A stretch of 58,732 nt of DNA from an uncultured bacterium (GTDB lineage: Bacteria; Abyssobacteria; SURF-5), in contig CAZSKP010000017.1 in assembly GCA_964607485.1 (NCBI GenBank), positions 1 to 58,732 on the forward strand. Direction: 5' to 3'. The notes under the pieces are model-generated. The model was not told where the DNA came from, searched no databases, and saw only the letters and a program-made list of their open reading frames with translations. Of this stretch, positions 1 to 11,737 are shown in pieces; the stretch's first letter is position 1, and each line of letters starts with the position of its first letter. The translations under genes and the position numbers were made by a program.

Positions 1-92
1 TACAATCGGTTGACTCAAGCACATTGAACCACACGCCGAGGGAGCGGTCAAGGAAATTCTTGTTAATAAATGGCGGAGCAGCTTCGCAGGGA

Positions 93-140
93 AAAAGGCG
101 AAAAGGGGAAAAGGCGAAAAGGCGAAAAGGCGAAAAGGCG
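93..140. repeat. Tandem octamer repeat (AAAAGGCG)x6, one copy AAAAGGGG
   Basis: Read directly: units start at 93, 101, 109, 117, 125 and 133. Confidence 0.9.
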
Positions 141-233
141 AAAGGGAACTGTATCCGCAGATTACGCAGATTGACGCGGATTCTCTCAACTTTAGACTCC
201 AGACTCCGGACTTTCTTGACACCGCCGACGCAC

Positions 234-255
234 GTAGCGCAGGCATCCTGCCTGC
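234..255 (+). repeat. GTAG-type REP-like palindrome
   Basis: GTAGC-GCAGGCATCCTGCCTGC: GTAG tetranucleotide followed by a GCAGGCA/TGCCTGC stem. Confidence 0.6.
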
Positions 256-393
256 AACAGAAACCTCTATTTTTCTCGCCACGAATTACGAATTATCACG
301 AACCCTCTGGCGCTCCGGTCGGATTTTCATCATAGTTATTGAGATGAGAGAGGTGTTTATATATTACGCGGATGAGAGACGGAGAGGAGGCGC

Positions 394-1893
394 GTGATGA
401 GCCGAAGGGGTTCTATGCGGAAAGACACACGCGGTCGCGGAACCGGAAAAGGGCGGGGGAAAGAGAAGCTGGTCACGAGGGTACTCGGCAGGACGGGCCG
501 CGCGGTCACGACGTTCGGGCTCGGCGGCCAGGCGTCCATCCAGTGGCCCCGGCCGGGAGTGGACGGCGAGCAAATAATCCTCAAAGCCATCGAAATGGGC
601 GTCACCTATTTCGACACCTCAAACATTTACGGCCCCAGCCAGATGACGTACGGCAAGGCCTTCAGGCGGCTCCACATGGTGCCGAACGGGGCGGCATACG
701 ACAGGAAGCTGCGCAAGAGCATCTTCCTCGCGACGAAGACCCACATGCGCCGCGCGGTCGCCGCAGACGGGCATCTGGGACCGAATCCCGCCTCGAACGG
801 CGAGCGCGTGAAGACCGCGATTGACGACGTGCGCCGGTCGCTCTCGCAGATGTTCGGCGACGGAAGGGGCAACTACCCGAAGGACGCCTACCTCGACCTC
901 GTCCAGATACACAACATCAACACGATCGAGGAGGTCGATGCGATCTACGAGGGCCTGGAGAATCCCGACCCGAAGGCCGAACACATCGGCGCGCTCGCCG
1001 GGCTGCTCGACCTTCGCGACGGCACGAATCGGACGGGCGCGAATCCGGGCAGGGAAAAACTCATCCGGCACATCGGCATAACCGGCCACTGGAATTCGCC
1101 CGCCCACATCGAGGCGATTCAACGCGACGAGATGGGCATCATCGACACGCTGCTGGTGGCCATCAACGCGAACGACCGTCTCTATTTCAACCACCAGCAC
1201 AACGCCATCTCCGTGGCCGAGGCGAAGGGGATGGGCGTCATCGGCATGAAGGTGTTCGCCGACGCAAAGCTCTACGGGCGCGAATCCGGCTCCTTCTCCA
1301 ACGAGCCGCACGACGTGTACATGGGCGTGGGCTCGAAGGAACTTCCCTCCGCTCCTCTGATACAATATTCGCTCAGCGTCCCGGGCGTGGACTGCGTCAT
1401 CATCGGCATCGGACACATAAGCGCGTCGGACGACCCGAACGAGGACCAGCTCGTCGCGAACCTCGACGCGGCGCAGCTTCGCGAGCCGCTTTCATCCGAG
1501 AGAATGCGGCAGATAGAACAGCGCACCGCCGAGACAGCCGGAACCGCGACCAACTATTTCCAGCGGCCCTCGCTCGGTCTCACTCCGCCGCGCGGACTGA
1601 GGGCGAACCTCGACAGCGGCTTGATGGAGCACGTGAGCGGCATGCCCGCCGTGTACCTCGCGTGGGACACCAGCTACGCGGGCCCGGCGGCCATCTCGCA
1701 CTATGAGCTGTTCCGGGGCGAGCAGAAGCTTGGAGAGGTTGTCCATAAACCCCAGACGACGCGCCGGCCGTTTGTGTTTCGCGACGCCGAGGCCGCGACC
1801 GGCTTGAACCTGTACCGCGTGCGCGCCGTTGACAAAGAAGGCGGCACGAGCGCCTGGGCGGAAACATCAATCGAATGTCCTGCCGGTGCGTGA
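394..1893 (+). CDS. Aldo/keto reductase family oxidoreductase with C-terminal Fn3-like domain
   Basis: RVLGRTG...GLGG, YFDTSNIYG, LATK, LDLVQIH, IGITGH, GMKVFA motifs of the AKR barrel; tail PPRGLRA...LAWD...YELFRG...YRVRAVDKEG resembles fibronectin type III. Start uncertain. Confidence 0.8.
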   Translation: MMSRRGSMRKDTRGRGTGKGRGKEKLVTRVLGRTGRAVTTFGLGGQASIQWPRPGVDGEQIILKAIEMGVTYFDTSNIYGPSQMTYGKAFRRLHMVPNGAAYDRKLRKSIFLATKTHMRRAVAADGHLGPNPASNGERVKTAIDDVRRSLSQMFGDGRGNYPKDAYLDLVQIHNINTIEEVDAIYEGLENPDPKAEHIGALAGLLDLRDGTNRTGANPGREKLIRHIGITGHWNSPAHIEAIQRDEMGIIDTLLVAINANDRLYFNHQHNAISVAEAKGMGVIGMKVFADAKLYGRESGSFSNEPHDVYMGVGSKELPSAPLIQYSLSVPGVDCVIIGIGHISASDDPNEDQLVANLDAAQLREPLSSERMRQIEQRTAETAGTATNYFQRPSLGLTPPRGLRANLDSGLMEHVSGMPAVYLAWDTSYAGPAAISHYELFRGEQKLGEVVHKPQTTRRPFVFRDAEAATGLNLYRVRAVDKEGGTSAWAETSIECPAGA

Positions 1894-1978
1894 ATCATGG
1901 ACTTCGTCCCGACTGTAGCGTAATCTCAATAAATTGCCCAGTCTTGATCAAATAGAGTAAGATGGAAATAAGTCAGAG

Positions 1979-2536
1979 ATGAAGATTACGACCAAAAAGG
2001 GAGATGCCGGCAAGACGAGCCTGCTGGACAAACGCAAGCGGGTATCGAAGACCGACATCAGGAAGGTTGTCAACGGAACGCTCGACGAGGTCAACTCCGT
2101 GCTCGGCCTCGCGCGGGCCACGTGCGAGATAAAACAAATCGCGCAGCTCATCCTCAGGACGCAGGAGGAAATCTTCATGGTTGGCTCTGAGGTGGCCGCG
2201 TCGCCCGACGACATCAAGAAGGTCAAGAACCGAATAGGGGCGGCCCACGTCAGACGATTGGAGAGGGGGATGGACCGCATCGAAAAGCGGATGCCAATGC
2301 CGGAGAACTTCGTCGTCGCCGGCGCGACACAGGTCTCCGCGATGCTCGACATGGCGCGGACGTTCGTCCGCAGGGCCGAGCGCAGCGCGGTCGAAGGGAG
2401 GGAAATGGGCATTATTCGCAGCGCCGCCCTGATGAAATACCTCAATCGACTTTCCGATTACCTCTTCACAGTCGCCAGATACTACGAGTTCCTCAGCACC
2501 GGAAAGGCGGATTGGCCGCCGCCGCGGAAATGGTGA
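1979..2536 (+). CDS. pduO: ATP:cob(I)alamin adenosyltransferase, PduO type
   Basis: TKKGDAGKTSL, GTLDEVNS, ARTFVRRAER, YLNRLSDYLF motifs. Confidence 0.88.
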   Translation: MKITTKKGDAGKTSLLDKRKRVSKTDIRKVVNGTLDEVNSVLGLARATCEIKQIAQLILRTQEEIFMVGSEVAASPDDIKKVKNRIGAAHVRRLERGMDRIEKRMPMPENFVVAGATQVSAMLDMARTFVRRAERSAVEGREMGIIRSAALMKYLNRLSDYLFTVARYYEFLSTGKADWPPPRKW

Positions 2537-2552
2537 GACAGGGAGGCAGCAG

Positions 2553-3641
2553 ATGCCCGACATCTTCGAGGAGTTCCACCCGCTGAAGGGCAAGACCTTC
2601 TGCGTTCTGGACGAGAACGCAGTGCTGCACGAGGAATACGCGCCCGATTTTTCCGACGACGAACTGAGAGGTTTCTATCGCTGGATAGTTTTTTCGCGGG
2701 CCGCCGATCAGAAGGCGTTGAACCTACAGCGTCAGGGCCGCATGGGCACATACGCGCCGGTGCTGGGCCAGGAGGCGATACAGATTGGAGCCGCGAGCGC
2801 GATGGAGGCCGACGACTGGCTCTTCCCAAGCTATCGCGAGCTCGTGGCGTGCATCATCCGCGGGCTCCCGCTGTCGAAGCTGTATCTCTACTGGATGGGC
2901 AACGAGGAGGGAAGCCGCATCCCGGAGGGGGCGAACATATTCCCCGTCTCTGTGCCCGTCGGCACGCACATGCTTCATGCTGTCGGCGCGGCGTGGGCGG
3001 CCAGGCTGAGGCGCAAAAAAATGGCCTTCGTCACATTCTTCGGCGATGGCGCCACCTCCGAGGGCGATTTCCACGAGGCGCTCAACTTCGCCAGCGTTTT
3101 CAAGACACCCAATGTCTTCATCTGCCAGAACAATCAGTACGCCATATCGGTCCCCGTCTCGCGCCAGACGGCGTCGGCCACCATCGCGCAGAAAGCCGTC
3201 GCGTATGGTTTCAGCGGGATACGCATTGACGGCAACGATATCTTCGCCTCTTACGTGGCCGCCAAGGCCGCGCTCGCCAAGGCCCGCTCGGGCGGCGGCC
3301 CGACGCTCATCGAGGCCGTCACCTTCAGGCTGGGAGCGCACACGACCGCCGACGACCCGCTCAGGTACCGGACGGAGGAGGAGGTCGAAGAGTGGCGCAA
3401 GCGCGAACCGCTCATCAGGCTGGAAAAATATCTCAGGGCAAAGGGGCTGATAGACGATGATCTCGTCGAGCGGGCCAAAGCCGAGGCGGAGAGCCGGGTC
3501 GAGGAGGCAACGACAGAGGCTGAAGCGGCGGGCGCTCCCGCTCCGAACGATATTTTCGAGTACATGTTCAGCGAGATGCCGCCCGGCTTGAAGGAGCAAC
3601 TGGCGGCGCTCACCCAATCGCTTTCCGAAAAGAAGGAGTGA
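2553..3641 (+). CDS. pdhA: Pyruvate/2-oxoacid dehydrogenase E1 alpha subunit
   Basis: LQRQGRMGTY, GQEA, TPP motif GDGATSEGDFHEALNFA...NNQYAIS, HTTADDP; SD GGGAGG upstream. Confidence 0.9.
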   Translation: MPDIFEEFHPLKGKTFCVLDENAVLHEEYAPDFSDDELRGFYRWIVFSRAADQKALNLQRQGRMGTYAPVLGQEAIQIGAASAMEADDWLFPSYRELVACIIRGLPLSKLYLYWMGNEEGSRIPEGANIFPVSVPVGTHMLHAVGAAWAARLRRKKMAFVTFFGDGATSEGDFHEALNFASVFKTPNVFICQNNQYAISVPVSRQTASATIAQKAVAYGFSGIRIDGNDIFASYVAAKAALAKARSGGGPTLIEAVTFRLGAHTTADDPLRYRTEEEVEEWRKREPLIRLEKYLRAKGLIDDDLVERAKAEAESRVEEATTEAEAAGAPAPNDIFEYMFSEMPPGLKEQLAALTQSLSEKKE

Positions 3642-3645
3642 GACG

Positions 3646-4623
3646 TTGGCCGAGATGAACATAGTAGAGGCCGTGAACGCGGCGATGCGCGAGGAGATGG
3701 AACGCGACGAACGCGTGATGGTGCTGGGCGAGGACGTCGGCCGGTCCGGCGGCGTGTTCAGAGCAACCGAGGGGCTTCAGCAGCAATTCGGCGAAGAGCG
3801 CGTGGTGGACTCCCCCCTTTCCGAATCGGGAATAGTCGGGACTGCCATCGGGCTTGCGACCTTCGGGATGAGACCGATCGCCGAAATTCAATTCATGGGC
3901 TTCATCTATCCGGCGTTCGACCAGATTATCTCCCATGCGGGACGCCTGCGCAACCGCTCCCGCGGCCGATTCACCGTTCCGCTCGTGGTGCGCGCGCCCT
4001 ACGGCGGAGGCATCCACGCGCCGGAACACCATTCGGAGAGCACCGAGGCCATCTTCGCCCACACTCCCGGCATCAAGGTCGTCATTCCCTCCAACCCGTA
4101 CGACGCGAAGGGGCTGCTGATTTCCGCCATTCGCGACCCCGACCCGGTCATCTTCCTCGAACCGAAACGCATCTATCGAGCCGTAAAGGCCGACGTGCCC
4201 GAGGGAGACTACACCGTGCCGATAGGAAAGGCCAATGTTGTTCAGGAGGGCGAGCACGTGACGCTCGTGGCCTGGGGCGCGATGATGAAGACGACGGCCG
4301 AGGCCGCTGAGCAGCTTTCGCAGGAGGGCATCGACGCCGAGCTTATCGACGTGAGGACGGTGTCTCCGCTCGACATCGAGACGATCGTTGAATCGGTCAG
4401 GAAGACGGGCAGGGCCGTCATCGTGCACGAGGCCCCCAAAACCTGCGGCCTGGGCGCGGAAGTCGTGGCGCTCATAAACGAAAAAGCATTTCTGAACCTG
4501 TCCGCCCCGCCGCTCAGGGTGACGGGCTTCGACACGGTCGTTCCGCTTCCGAAAGCCGAACACTATTACCTGCCCAGCGTGGCGCGGATAGTCTCGACCG
4601 TCAGACAGGTGATGGAGTTTTAG
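3646..4623 (+). CDS. pdhB: Pyruvate/2-oxoacid dehydrogenase E1 beta subunit
   Basis: GEDVGRSGGVFRAT, PLSESGIVG, EIQFMGF, EHHSES; TTG start after AAGGAG. Confidence 0.9.
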   Translation: MAEMNIVEAVNAAMREEMERDERVMVLGEDVGRSGGVFRATEGLQQQFGEERVVDSPLSESGIVGTAIGLATFGMRPIAEIQFMGFIYPAFDQIISHAGRLRNRSRGRFTVPLVVRAPYGGGIHAPEHHSESTEAIFAHTPGIKVVIPSNPYDAKGLLISAIRDPDPVIFLEPKRIYRAVKADVPEGDYTVPIGKANVVQEGEHVTLVAWGAMMKTTAEAAEQLSQEGIDAELIDVRTVSPLDIETIVESVRKTGRAVIVHEAPKTCGLGAEVVALINEKAFLNLSAPPLRVTGFDTVVPLPKAEHYYLPSVARIVSTVRQVMEF

Positions 4624-4719
4624 CTTCATCAACGAATTGCTGAGAGGACGACAGAGGTGCGCACCGACCCTTTCATGCTACAATGATCAGGATCGACTTT
4701 CCGGAGAAAGGAACGCGCT

Positions 4720-5904
4720 ATGGCGACTGAATTCAAGTTTCCCGATGTCGGCGAAGGTATCACCGAAGGCGAAGTGGTGCTGTGGCTGGTGGAAGAGGGC
4801 GACAAGGTGGAGCAGGACCAGCCGCTCGTGCAGGTGGAAACGGACAAGGCCGTCGTCGAGATTCCGTCGCCCCGCGCGGGTGTCATCCTGAAAGTCATGT
4901 TCCACGAGGGCGACATCGTCAAAGTCGGCGAGACACTGGTCGTCATAGGCGACGAGGGCGAGAAACTGGAGGAGAAGAAAGAGGAGAAGAAAGAATACGT
5001 CGGGATTGTCGGCGAGATAGAGGAAGAGGCCGCGCCCAAAGCGCCCGCCCGTCCGCATGTGCTGGCCGTGCCCGCCGTCCGCAAGCTGGCGAAGGAACTC
5101 GGCGTCGATATCGCCATGATCAAAGGCAGCGGCGAGAAGGGCCGTGTCACCGAGGAAGATGTCAGGCGGCATGCCGAGCAGTCACAGCTGAAGGGCGTCG
5201 GCGACGATTATGGCCAGGTCGAACGAGTGCCCCTCATGCGCGTCCGCCGCAGCATTTCCCAGAAAATGGTTCGCTCCAAATTCTCGATTCCTCACGTGAC
5301 GCACATGGACCTCGCCGACGCGTCGGCGCTTGTGCGTCTCAAGACTAAGAAAGCCGAGGAAGCGAAGCGGAAGGGAATTCGTCTCACCTACCTGCCGTAC
5401 GTGATGAAAGCGGCGGCGCTGAGCCTGAAAGAGCATCCGTACCTCAACTCGTCCATCGACACCGAGAAGAACCAGATCGTCCTCAAGAAATACGTCAATG
5501 TCGGGTTCGCGGTCGAGACCGACGACGGCCTTTTCGTGCCCGTCGTAAAAGGCGCGGATGAAAAAAGCGTTCTCGAACTCGCCGAGGAGACTCAGCGGCT
5601 GGCCGACCTGTGCCGCCAGAGAAAGGTCGCGCTGGCCGACCTGCGGGGCGGCACCTTCAGCATTACCAACATCGGGAGCCTCGGCGGCATTTACTCGACT
5701 CCCATTATCAACCATCCCGAAGTCGCCAACCTCGGCGTCGGCAGAATCCGCCAGATGCCGGCGGTCCTTGACGGCGAAATCGGGATCATTCACGGGATGT
5801 ATCTGTCGCTCTCATTCGACCACCGCGTACTCGACGGGGCCGAGGCCGCCCGCTTCACCAACGAGGTCATCCGCCACATCGAGAATCCGGAAATGATGAC
5901 TTGA
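4720..5904 (+). CDS. pdhC: Dihydrolipoamide acyltransferase E2
   Basis: Lipoyl domain VETDKA, subunit-binding domain PAVRKLAKELGVD...GRVTEED, catalytic DHRVLDG. Confidence 0.9.
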   Translation: MATEFKFPDVGEGITEGEVVLWLVEEGDKVEQDQPLVQVETDKAVVEIPSPRAGVILKVMFHEGDIVKVGETLVVIGDEGEKLEEKKEEKKEYVGIVGEIEEEAAPKAPARPHVLAVPAVRKLAKELGVDIAMIKGSGEKGRVTEEDVRRHAEQSQLKGVGDDYGQVERVPLMRVRRSISQKMVRSKFSIPHVTHMDLADASALVRLKTKKAEEAKRKGIRLTYLPYVMKAAALSLKEHPYLNSSIDTEKNQIVLKKYVNVGFAVETDDGLFVPVVKGADEKSVLELAEETQRLADLCRQRKVALADLRGGTFSITNIGSLGGIYSTPIINHPEVANLGVGRIRQMPAVLDGEIGIIHGMYLSLSFDHRVLDGAEAARFTNEVIRHIENPEMMT

Positions 5905-5994
5905 GCTTCGTAATGGTCGGCCGTCCGTTTCTCAATCCCCGCGGCTATGCCAATCCCGCCTGTGGAAACGGGGGAAACTCCGCCTCTCGAACGC

Positions 5995-6024
5995 TTGACA
6001 AAGTATTCGCGATTTTGGTAAACT
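5995..6024 (+). promoter_or_regulatory. Sigma70-type promoter of heat-shock operon
   Basis: TTGACA (5995-6000), 18 bp, TAAACT (6019-6024) with extended TG, directly before CIRCE. Confidence 0.75.
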
Positions 6025-6034
6025 TTGCCGAGGA

Positions 6035-6061
6035 TTAGCACTCCACGGCAAAGAGTGCCAA
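6035..6061. promoter_or_regulatory. CIRCE operator (HrcA site)
   Basis: TTAGCACTC-N9-GAGTGCCAA; one mismatch to consensus TTAGCACTC-N9-GAGTGCTAA, immediately upstream of hrcA. Confidence 0.95.
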
Positions 6062-6078
6062 GAGCGGGAATTGAGCCG

Positions 6079-7143
6079 ATGAAGCACGAAACGCCATTAA
6101 CAGAACGGCAGAGGGATGTTCTGCAAGCCATTATCAATACATATATTATAACGGCCTCGGCTGTGGGCTCCCGGACCGTCGCGAAGAAGATGGAGTACAA
6201 GCTCAGTCCCGCCTCGATCCGCAATGTCATGGCCGACCTCGAGGAAATGGGCTACGTGCGCCAGCCTCACACATCAGCCGGCCGCGTGCCCACGGACAGC
6301 GGCTACAGGTTCTACGTGGACGCCCTCATGGAGACGCACGAGGTCGACCCCGATGAGCAACGCCGGATCGAGAAGTTCTATCGGTCGAAAATAAAGCAGA
6401 TCGAGGACTTCATGGAGCTTTCATCCAAGCTTCTCTCGTTTCTCACTGATTACACGGCTGTCGTGCAGACGCCCAGGATGGATGCCGAGACAATCAAGCA
6501 CGTTGAGCTGGTGCCGCTTTCCCCAGAAACCGTGCTCGTGATTCTTGTGACCAACTTGGGGGACCTGAGAAAGCGAGCGGCCGCTTTGCCCGTGGGAACG
6601 ACCGATTCCGAAATCGAACGCCTCACGACGTTTCTCAACGATAAGCTTTACGCCCTCTCATTCGCCGGGGCACGCTCGCTGCTGGTTTCGTTCGACGACC
6701 GCTCGGCCGACCCTCTGGACGAAAAGCTGGCCGGGCTGGCCCTCAAGATGCTCGAAGAGACGTTGGTAGAAGAGAAATCGAGGGGGGTGTATCTGGACGG
6801 GGTGGGAAAGATCTTTGACCAGCCCGAATTCAGGGACCTCGAACGCCTGCGGCCCGTTCTCAGGGTGCTCGACGAAAAGAGCCGGCTCAACGAGTTGCTC
6901 GAAGATTGCGTCTCCGAAGACGAGGTAGCCGATGTCTGCATTCGCATAGGCTCGGAAAACCCGCTCGATGATGTGAGAAACTGCAGCATCGTCGTATCTC
7001 CCTATCGGATAGGCGGGCGGACGACGGGTGCGGTAGGCGTGATCGGCCCCACAAGAATGGAGTACTCGCGCACGTCCTCACTCGTGGCCTTTGTGGCCGG
7101 CAAGCTCGGCAACGTCCTCACCCAACTGAGCGGAGGCGAGTAG
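6079..7143 (+). CDS. hrcA: Heat-inducible transcription repressor HrcA
   Basis: SPASIRNVMADLEEMGY, QPHTSAGRVPTDSGYRFYVD, GVIGPTRMEY; start moved to ATG 6079 downstream of CIRCE. Confidence 0.95.
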   Translation: MKHETPLTERQRDVLQAIINTYIITASAVGSRTVAKKMEYKLSPASIRNVMADLEEMGYVRQPHTSAGRVPTDSGYRFYVDALMETHEVDPDEQRRIEKFYRSKIKQIEDFMELSSKLLSFLTDYTAVVQTPRMDAETIKHVELVPLSPETVLVILVTNLGDLRKRAAALPVGTTDSEIERLTTFLNDKLYALSFAGARSLLVSFDDRSADPLDEKLAGLALKMLEETLVEEKSRGVYLDGVGKIFDQPEFRDLERLRPVLRVLDEKSRLNELLEDCVSEDEVADVCIRIGSENPLDDVRNCSIVVSPYRIGGRTTGAVGVIGPTRMEYSRTSSLVAFVAGKLGNVLTQLSGGE

Positions 7144-7794
7144 ATGAGCAAGAAGAAAGAAACCTCCAGAAATAAGAAAAAGAATAATAGAGAGGCCGAC
7201 CAGGTTTGGAAGGAAAACGGGGGAGAAGAACAAGCGGAGACAGGCGAGCAGTCTGAAGCGGTCGAAACGGTTGAGGCCGAAACCGCACCGCCTTTAGCCG
7301 AGGATGTCGCAAAGCTCGTTCAGGAAAAGGAAGAATATTACGATCGCCTGCTTCGCACGCAGGCCGATTTCGACAACTACCGGAAACGCGTTCAGCGGGA
7401 GCAGGCGAATCTGTTGAGATACGGGGCGGAGAACGCGCTCCACGAGATCCTGCCCGTCGTTGACAATCTGGAACGCGCGGTCGATTCGGCTCGCAAGCAC
7501 GAGGAGTCGAATTCCCAGCTCCGCGAGGGAGTGGAACTCATTCTCACCCAGTTCAACGACGCCCTTGGAAAACTCGGCGTCAGGCCCATCGAGACCGTAG
7601 GCCATCCCTTCGATCCGAACAAGCATGATGCGCTCATTCGCGTGCACGCGCCCGATGTTTCCGAGGGAGCGGTCGTGGATGAGATTCGCAAAGGATACTA
7701 TCTTCACGACAAAGTCCTGAGACCGGCGCAGGTGACCGTCGGCACGCATGAGCCGGTGCAGGATTTCGAGCAGGCGTCGGAGGAGAAGCAATGA
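7144..7794 (+). CDS. grpE: Nucleotide exchange factor GrpE
   Basis: LRTQADFDNYRKR, LPVVDNLERA, FDPNKHDA, KGYYLHDKVLRPAQV; operon position. Confidence 0.95.
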   Translation: MSKKKETSRNKKKNNREADQVWKENGGEEQAETGEQSEAVETVEAETAPPLAEDVAKLVQEKEEYYDRLLRTQADFDNYRKRVQREQANLLRYGAENALHEILPVVDNLERAVDSARKHEESNSQLREGVELILTQFNDALGKLGVRPIETVGHPFDPNKHDALIRVHAPDVSEGAVVDEIRKGYYLHDKVLRPAQVTVGTHEPVQDFEQASEEKQ

Positions 7795-7891
7795 GCGCTT
7801 CGCGCGCCGGTCTGTCGCGTTCACGTTCTGCATACCGACGAGAAGGTTTTCTTAACTGAGAGATGTCACCAAAGTGGAGGCGTCATAGCGA

Positions 7892-9808
<1,917 letters not shown>

Positions 9809-9855
9809 GCGCACCGCTTACGCCGGCCGAGCCGCAATAGTCGGACCGAATAGTT

Positions 9856-10965
9856 ATGACGATGGGAAAGCGTGACTACTACGAAGTACTCGGGGTGAGC
9901 CGCAACGCCTCCGAAAACGAGATAAGGAAGGCCTATCGAAGGCTGGCGATGCAGTACCATCCCGACCGCACGCAGGGCGACAAGGAATCGGAGGAGAAAT
10001 TCAAGGAACTCTCCGAGGCCTATGCCGTCCTCACCGACCCCGAAAAACGCGCCAGTTACGACCAGTTCGGCCATGCCGGCGTCGGAGCGGGCTTCGCCGA
10101 TTTCGGCTTCGGCTCGTTCGGCGACATCTTCGGCGACATCTTCGAAGACTTTTTCGGAGGCGCGACCGCGCGTCGCAGGCCCCGTGCCAGACGGGGAGAC
10201 GATATCGTTTACAATTTCGATATGACGCTCGAAGAAGCATACGAAGGGTTTGAGCGTGAGATATCGATACCCCGGATGGAACCTTGCGAAGACTGTGACG
10301 GCACGGGCGTCGCACCGGGCACAAGCCGTATCACCTGCCCGGTGTGCAGGGGGGCCGGCAGGCTCAGACAGACGCAGGGCTTCTTCAGCATCACGCGCGC
10401 GTGCCATCGATGCGGTGGAGCAGGCTCGATAGTCGAGAATCCATGCAAACGATGCAAGGGTGAGGGACGCATGCGCACGCAGAAGAAGCTGCGCATCACC
10501 GTTCCGCCCGGAGTCGATTCGAGCTCGCGGCTCCGGTACCGGGGAGAGGGTGAGGCAGGGGCCAGGGGCGGCGCCCACGGTGACCTCTACATCGTAATCA
10601 GCATACTCAAGCACGAATTCTTTGAACGAGACGGGAGCAATCTCCTCTGTGATGTTCCCATATCGTTCCCCCAGGCAGCTCTCGGCACACAGCTCGAAAT
10701 TCCAACCCTCGACGGAAAAGTCACGCTGAAGATTCCTCCGGGGACGCAGACCCATAAGGTTTTCCGGGTCAAGAACAAGGGGATGCCCAACCTGCGCGGC
10801 CACGGCAGGGGCGACCTGTTTGTCAGGGCCATTGTCGAGACGCCGACCAAGCTTAATGAGCGGCAGAAGGAATTGCTCGAGGAGTTCGCCAAGATCAGCG
10901 GCGACGAAGTGCATCCGCTCACCAAGAAATTCCTCGAGAAGTTCAAGGAAGTCTTCGGCGCATAA
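9856..10965 (+). CDS. dnaJ: Chaperone DnaJ
   Basis: J domain HPD, G/F region, four CxxCxGxG zinc motifs. Confidence 0.98.
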   Translation: MTMGKRDYYEVLGVSRNASENEIRKAYRRLAMQYHPDRTQGDKESEEKFKELSEAYAVLTDPEKRASYDQFGHAGVGAGFADFGFGSFGDIFGDIFEDFFGGATARRRPRARRGDDIVYNFDMTLEEAYEGFEREISIPRMEPCEDCDGTGVAPGTSRITCPVCRGAGRLRQTQGFFSITRACHRCGGAGSIVENPCKRCKGEGRMRTQKKLRITVPPGVDSSSRLRYRGEGEAGARGGAHGDLYIVISILKHEFFERDGSNLLCDVPISFPQAALGTQLEIPTLDGKVTLKIPPGTQTHKVFRVKNKGMPNLRGHGRGDLFVRAIVETPTKLNERQKELLEEFAKISGDEVHPLTKKFLEKFKEVFGA

Positions 10966-10993
10966 CGGGCGCCCGCCGCACGAGAGCACCTTG

Positions 10994-11737
10994 ATGACCA
11001 CCCACCAGTTCTTTATCAGGCAATCTCAAATAGACGCAGACCGACTGGTCAAGCTCGACGGTCCCGACGCCCGACACATACGCCTCGTCCTGCGTCTCAA
11101 GAAGGGCAGCACGATTCGGCTCGTGGACGAGGAGCAAAACCTGCACATTGCTTCGGTGGAAAAGGTGACCGCGCGGGCGGTGTTCGCGCGCGTGTTGGAA
11201 TCCACGCGGGCCGAGCCGAGCCGCGTCCGGCTCAGGGTCGTTCAGGGTGTGCCGCAATTGCCGAAGGCCGACCTGATAGCCCAGAAACTCACGGAACTGG
11301 GGGCGCAGACCATCGTGTTTGTCCCGACGGAGCGTACTTCTTATAGTGACGGATTCGACCGAATTTCCAAGCGGCTTCCGCGACTCCGAAGGATTGCCGA
11401 AGCGGCCGCCAAACAGTGCGCCCGCCCCGACATCCCGGAGGTGCTCGCATGCGCTTCTCTTGGCGAGGCGGCGAAAAATACCGAGCCCGGCGCGTTGCTC
11501 CTGGTCGCCAACGAAAGGGCTCGGGGGAAAAACCTTCAAGACCTGCTCGCGGGTGCCGGGGAGAATCCCTCTATCACGGTATTCATCGGACCCGAAGGCG
11601 GCCTGTCGAGCGGCGAGACCCGGCTGCTCGAAGACATGGGAGCGGCCAGCTTCTCGCTCGGTCACAACATATTACGGACGGAGACTGCCGCGATCGCGGC
11701 CGCTGCGATAATTCTCTACGAGCTGGGGGAGATTTAA
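10994..11737 (+). CDS. rsmE: 16S rRNA m3U1498 methyltransferase RsmE
   Basis: HIRLVLRL, QKLTELG, EAAAKQCAR, IGPEGGL, LGHNILRTETA; start trimmed to ATG 10994 to avoid overlap with dnaJ. Confidence 0.92.
   Translation: MTTHQFFIRQSQIDADRLVKLDGPDARHIRLVLRLKKGSTIRLVDEEQNLHIASVEKVTARAVFARVLESTRAEPSRVRLRVVQGVPQLPKADLIAQKLTELGAQTIVFVPTERTSYSDGFDRISKRLPRLRRIAEAAAKQCARPDIPEVLACASLGEAAKNTEPGALLLVANERARGKNLQDLLAGAGENPSITVFIGPEGGLSSGETRLLEDMGAASFSLGHNILRTETAAIAAAAIILYELGEI

Noticed and set aside
68-90. TGGCGGAG resembling the reverse complement of a tRNA 3' end
   Set aside because: No T-loop (GTTCGA) or cloverleaf follows.
91-302. Possible CRISPR array
   Set aside because: Units are 7-9 bp, contiguous and have no unique spacers; no cas genes in the window.
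24-335. 103-aa ORF with repeated KRRKGEKA
   Set aside because: Product of the octamer and other non-coding repeats; no SD or recognisable domain.
6025-6078. TTG-started N-terminal extension of HrcA
   Set aside because: Overlaps the promoter and CIRCE operator; ATG 6079 fits HrcA.
10820-10993. Long N-terminus of RsmE in the ORF track
   Set aside because: Overlaps dnaJ in another frame; ATG 10994 gives the normal length.
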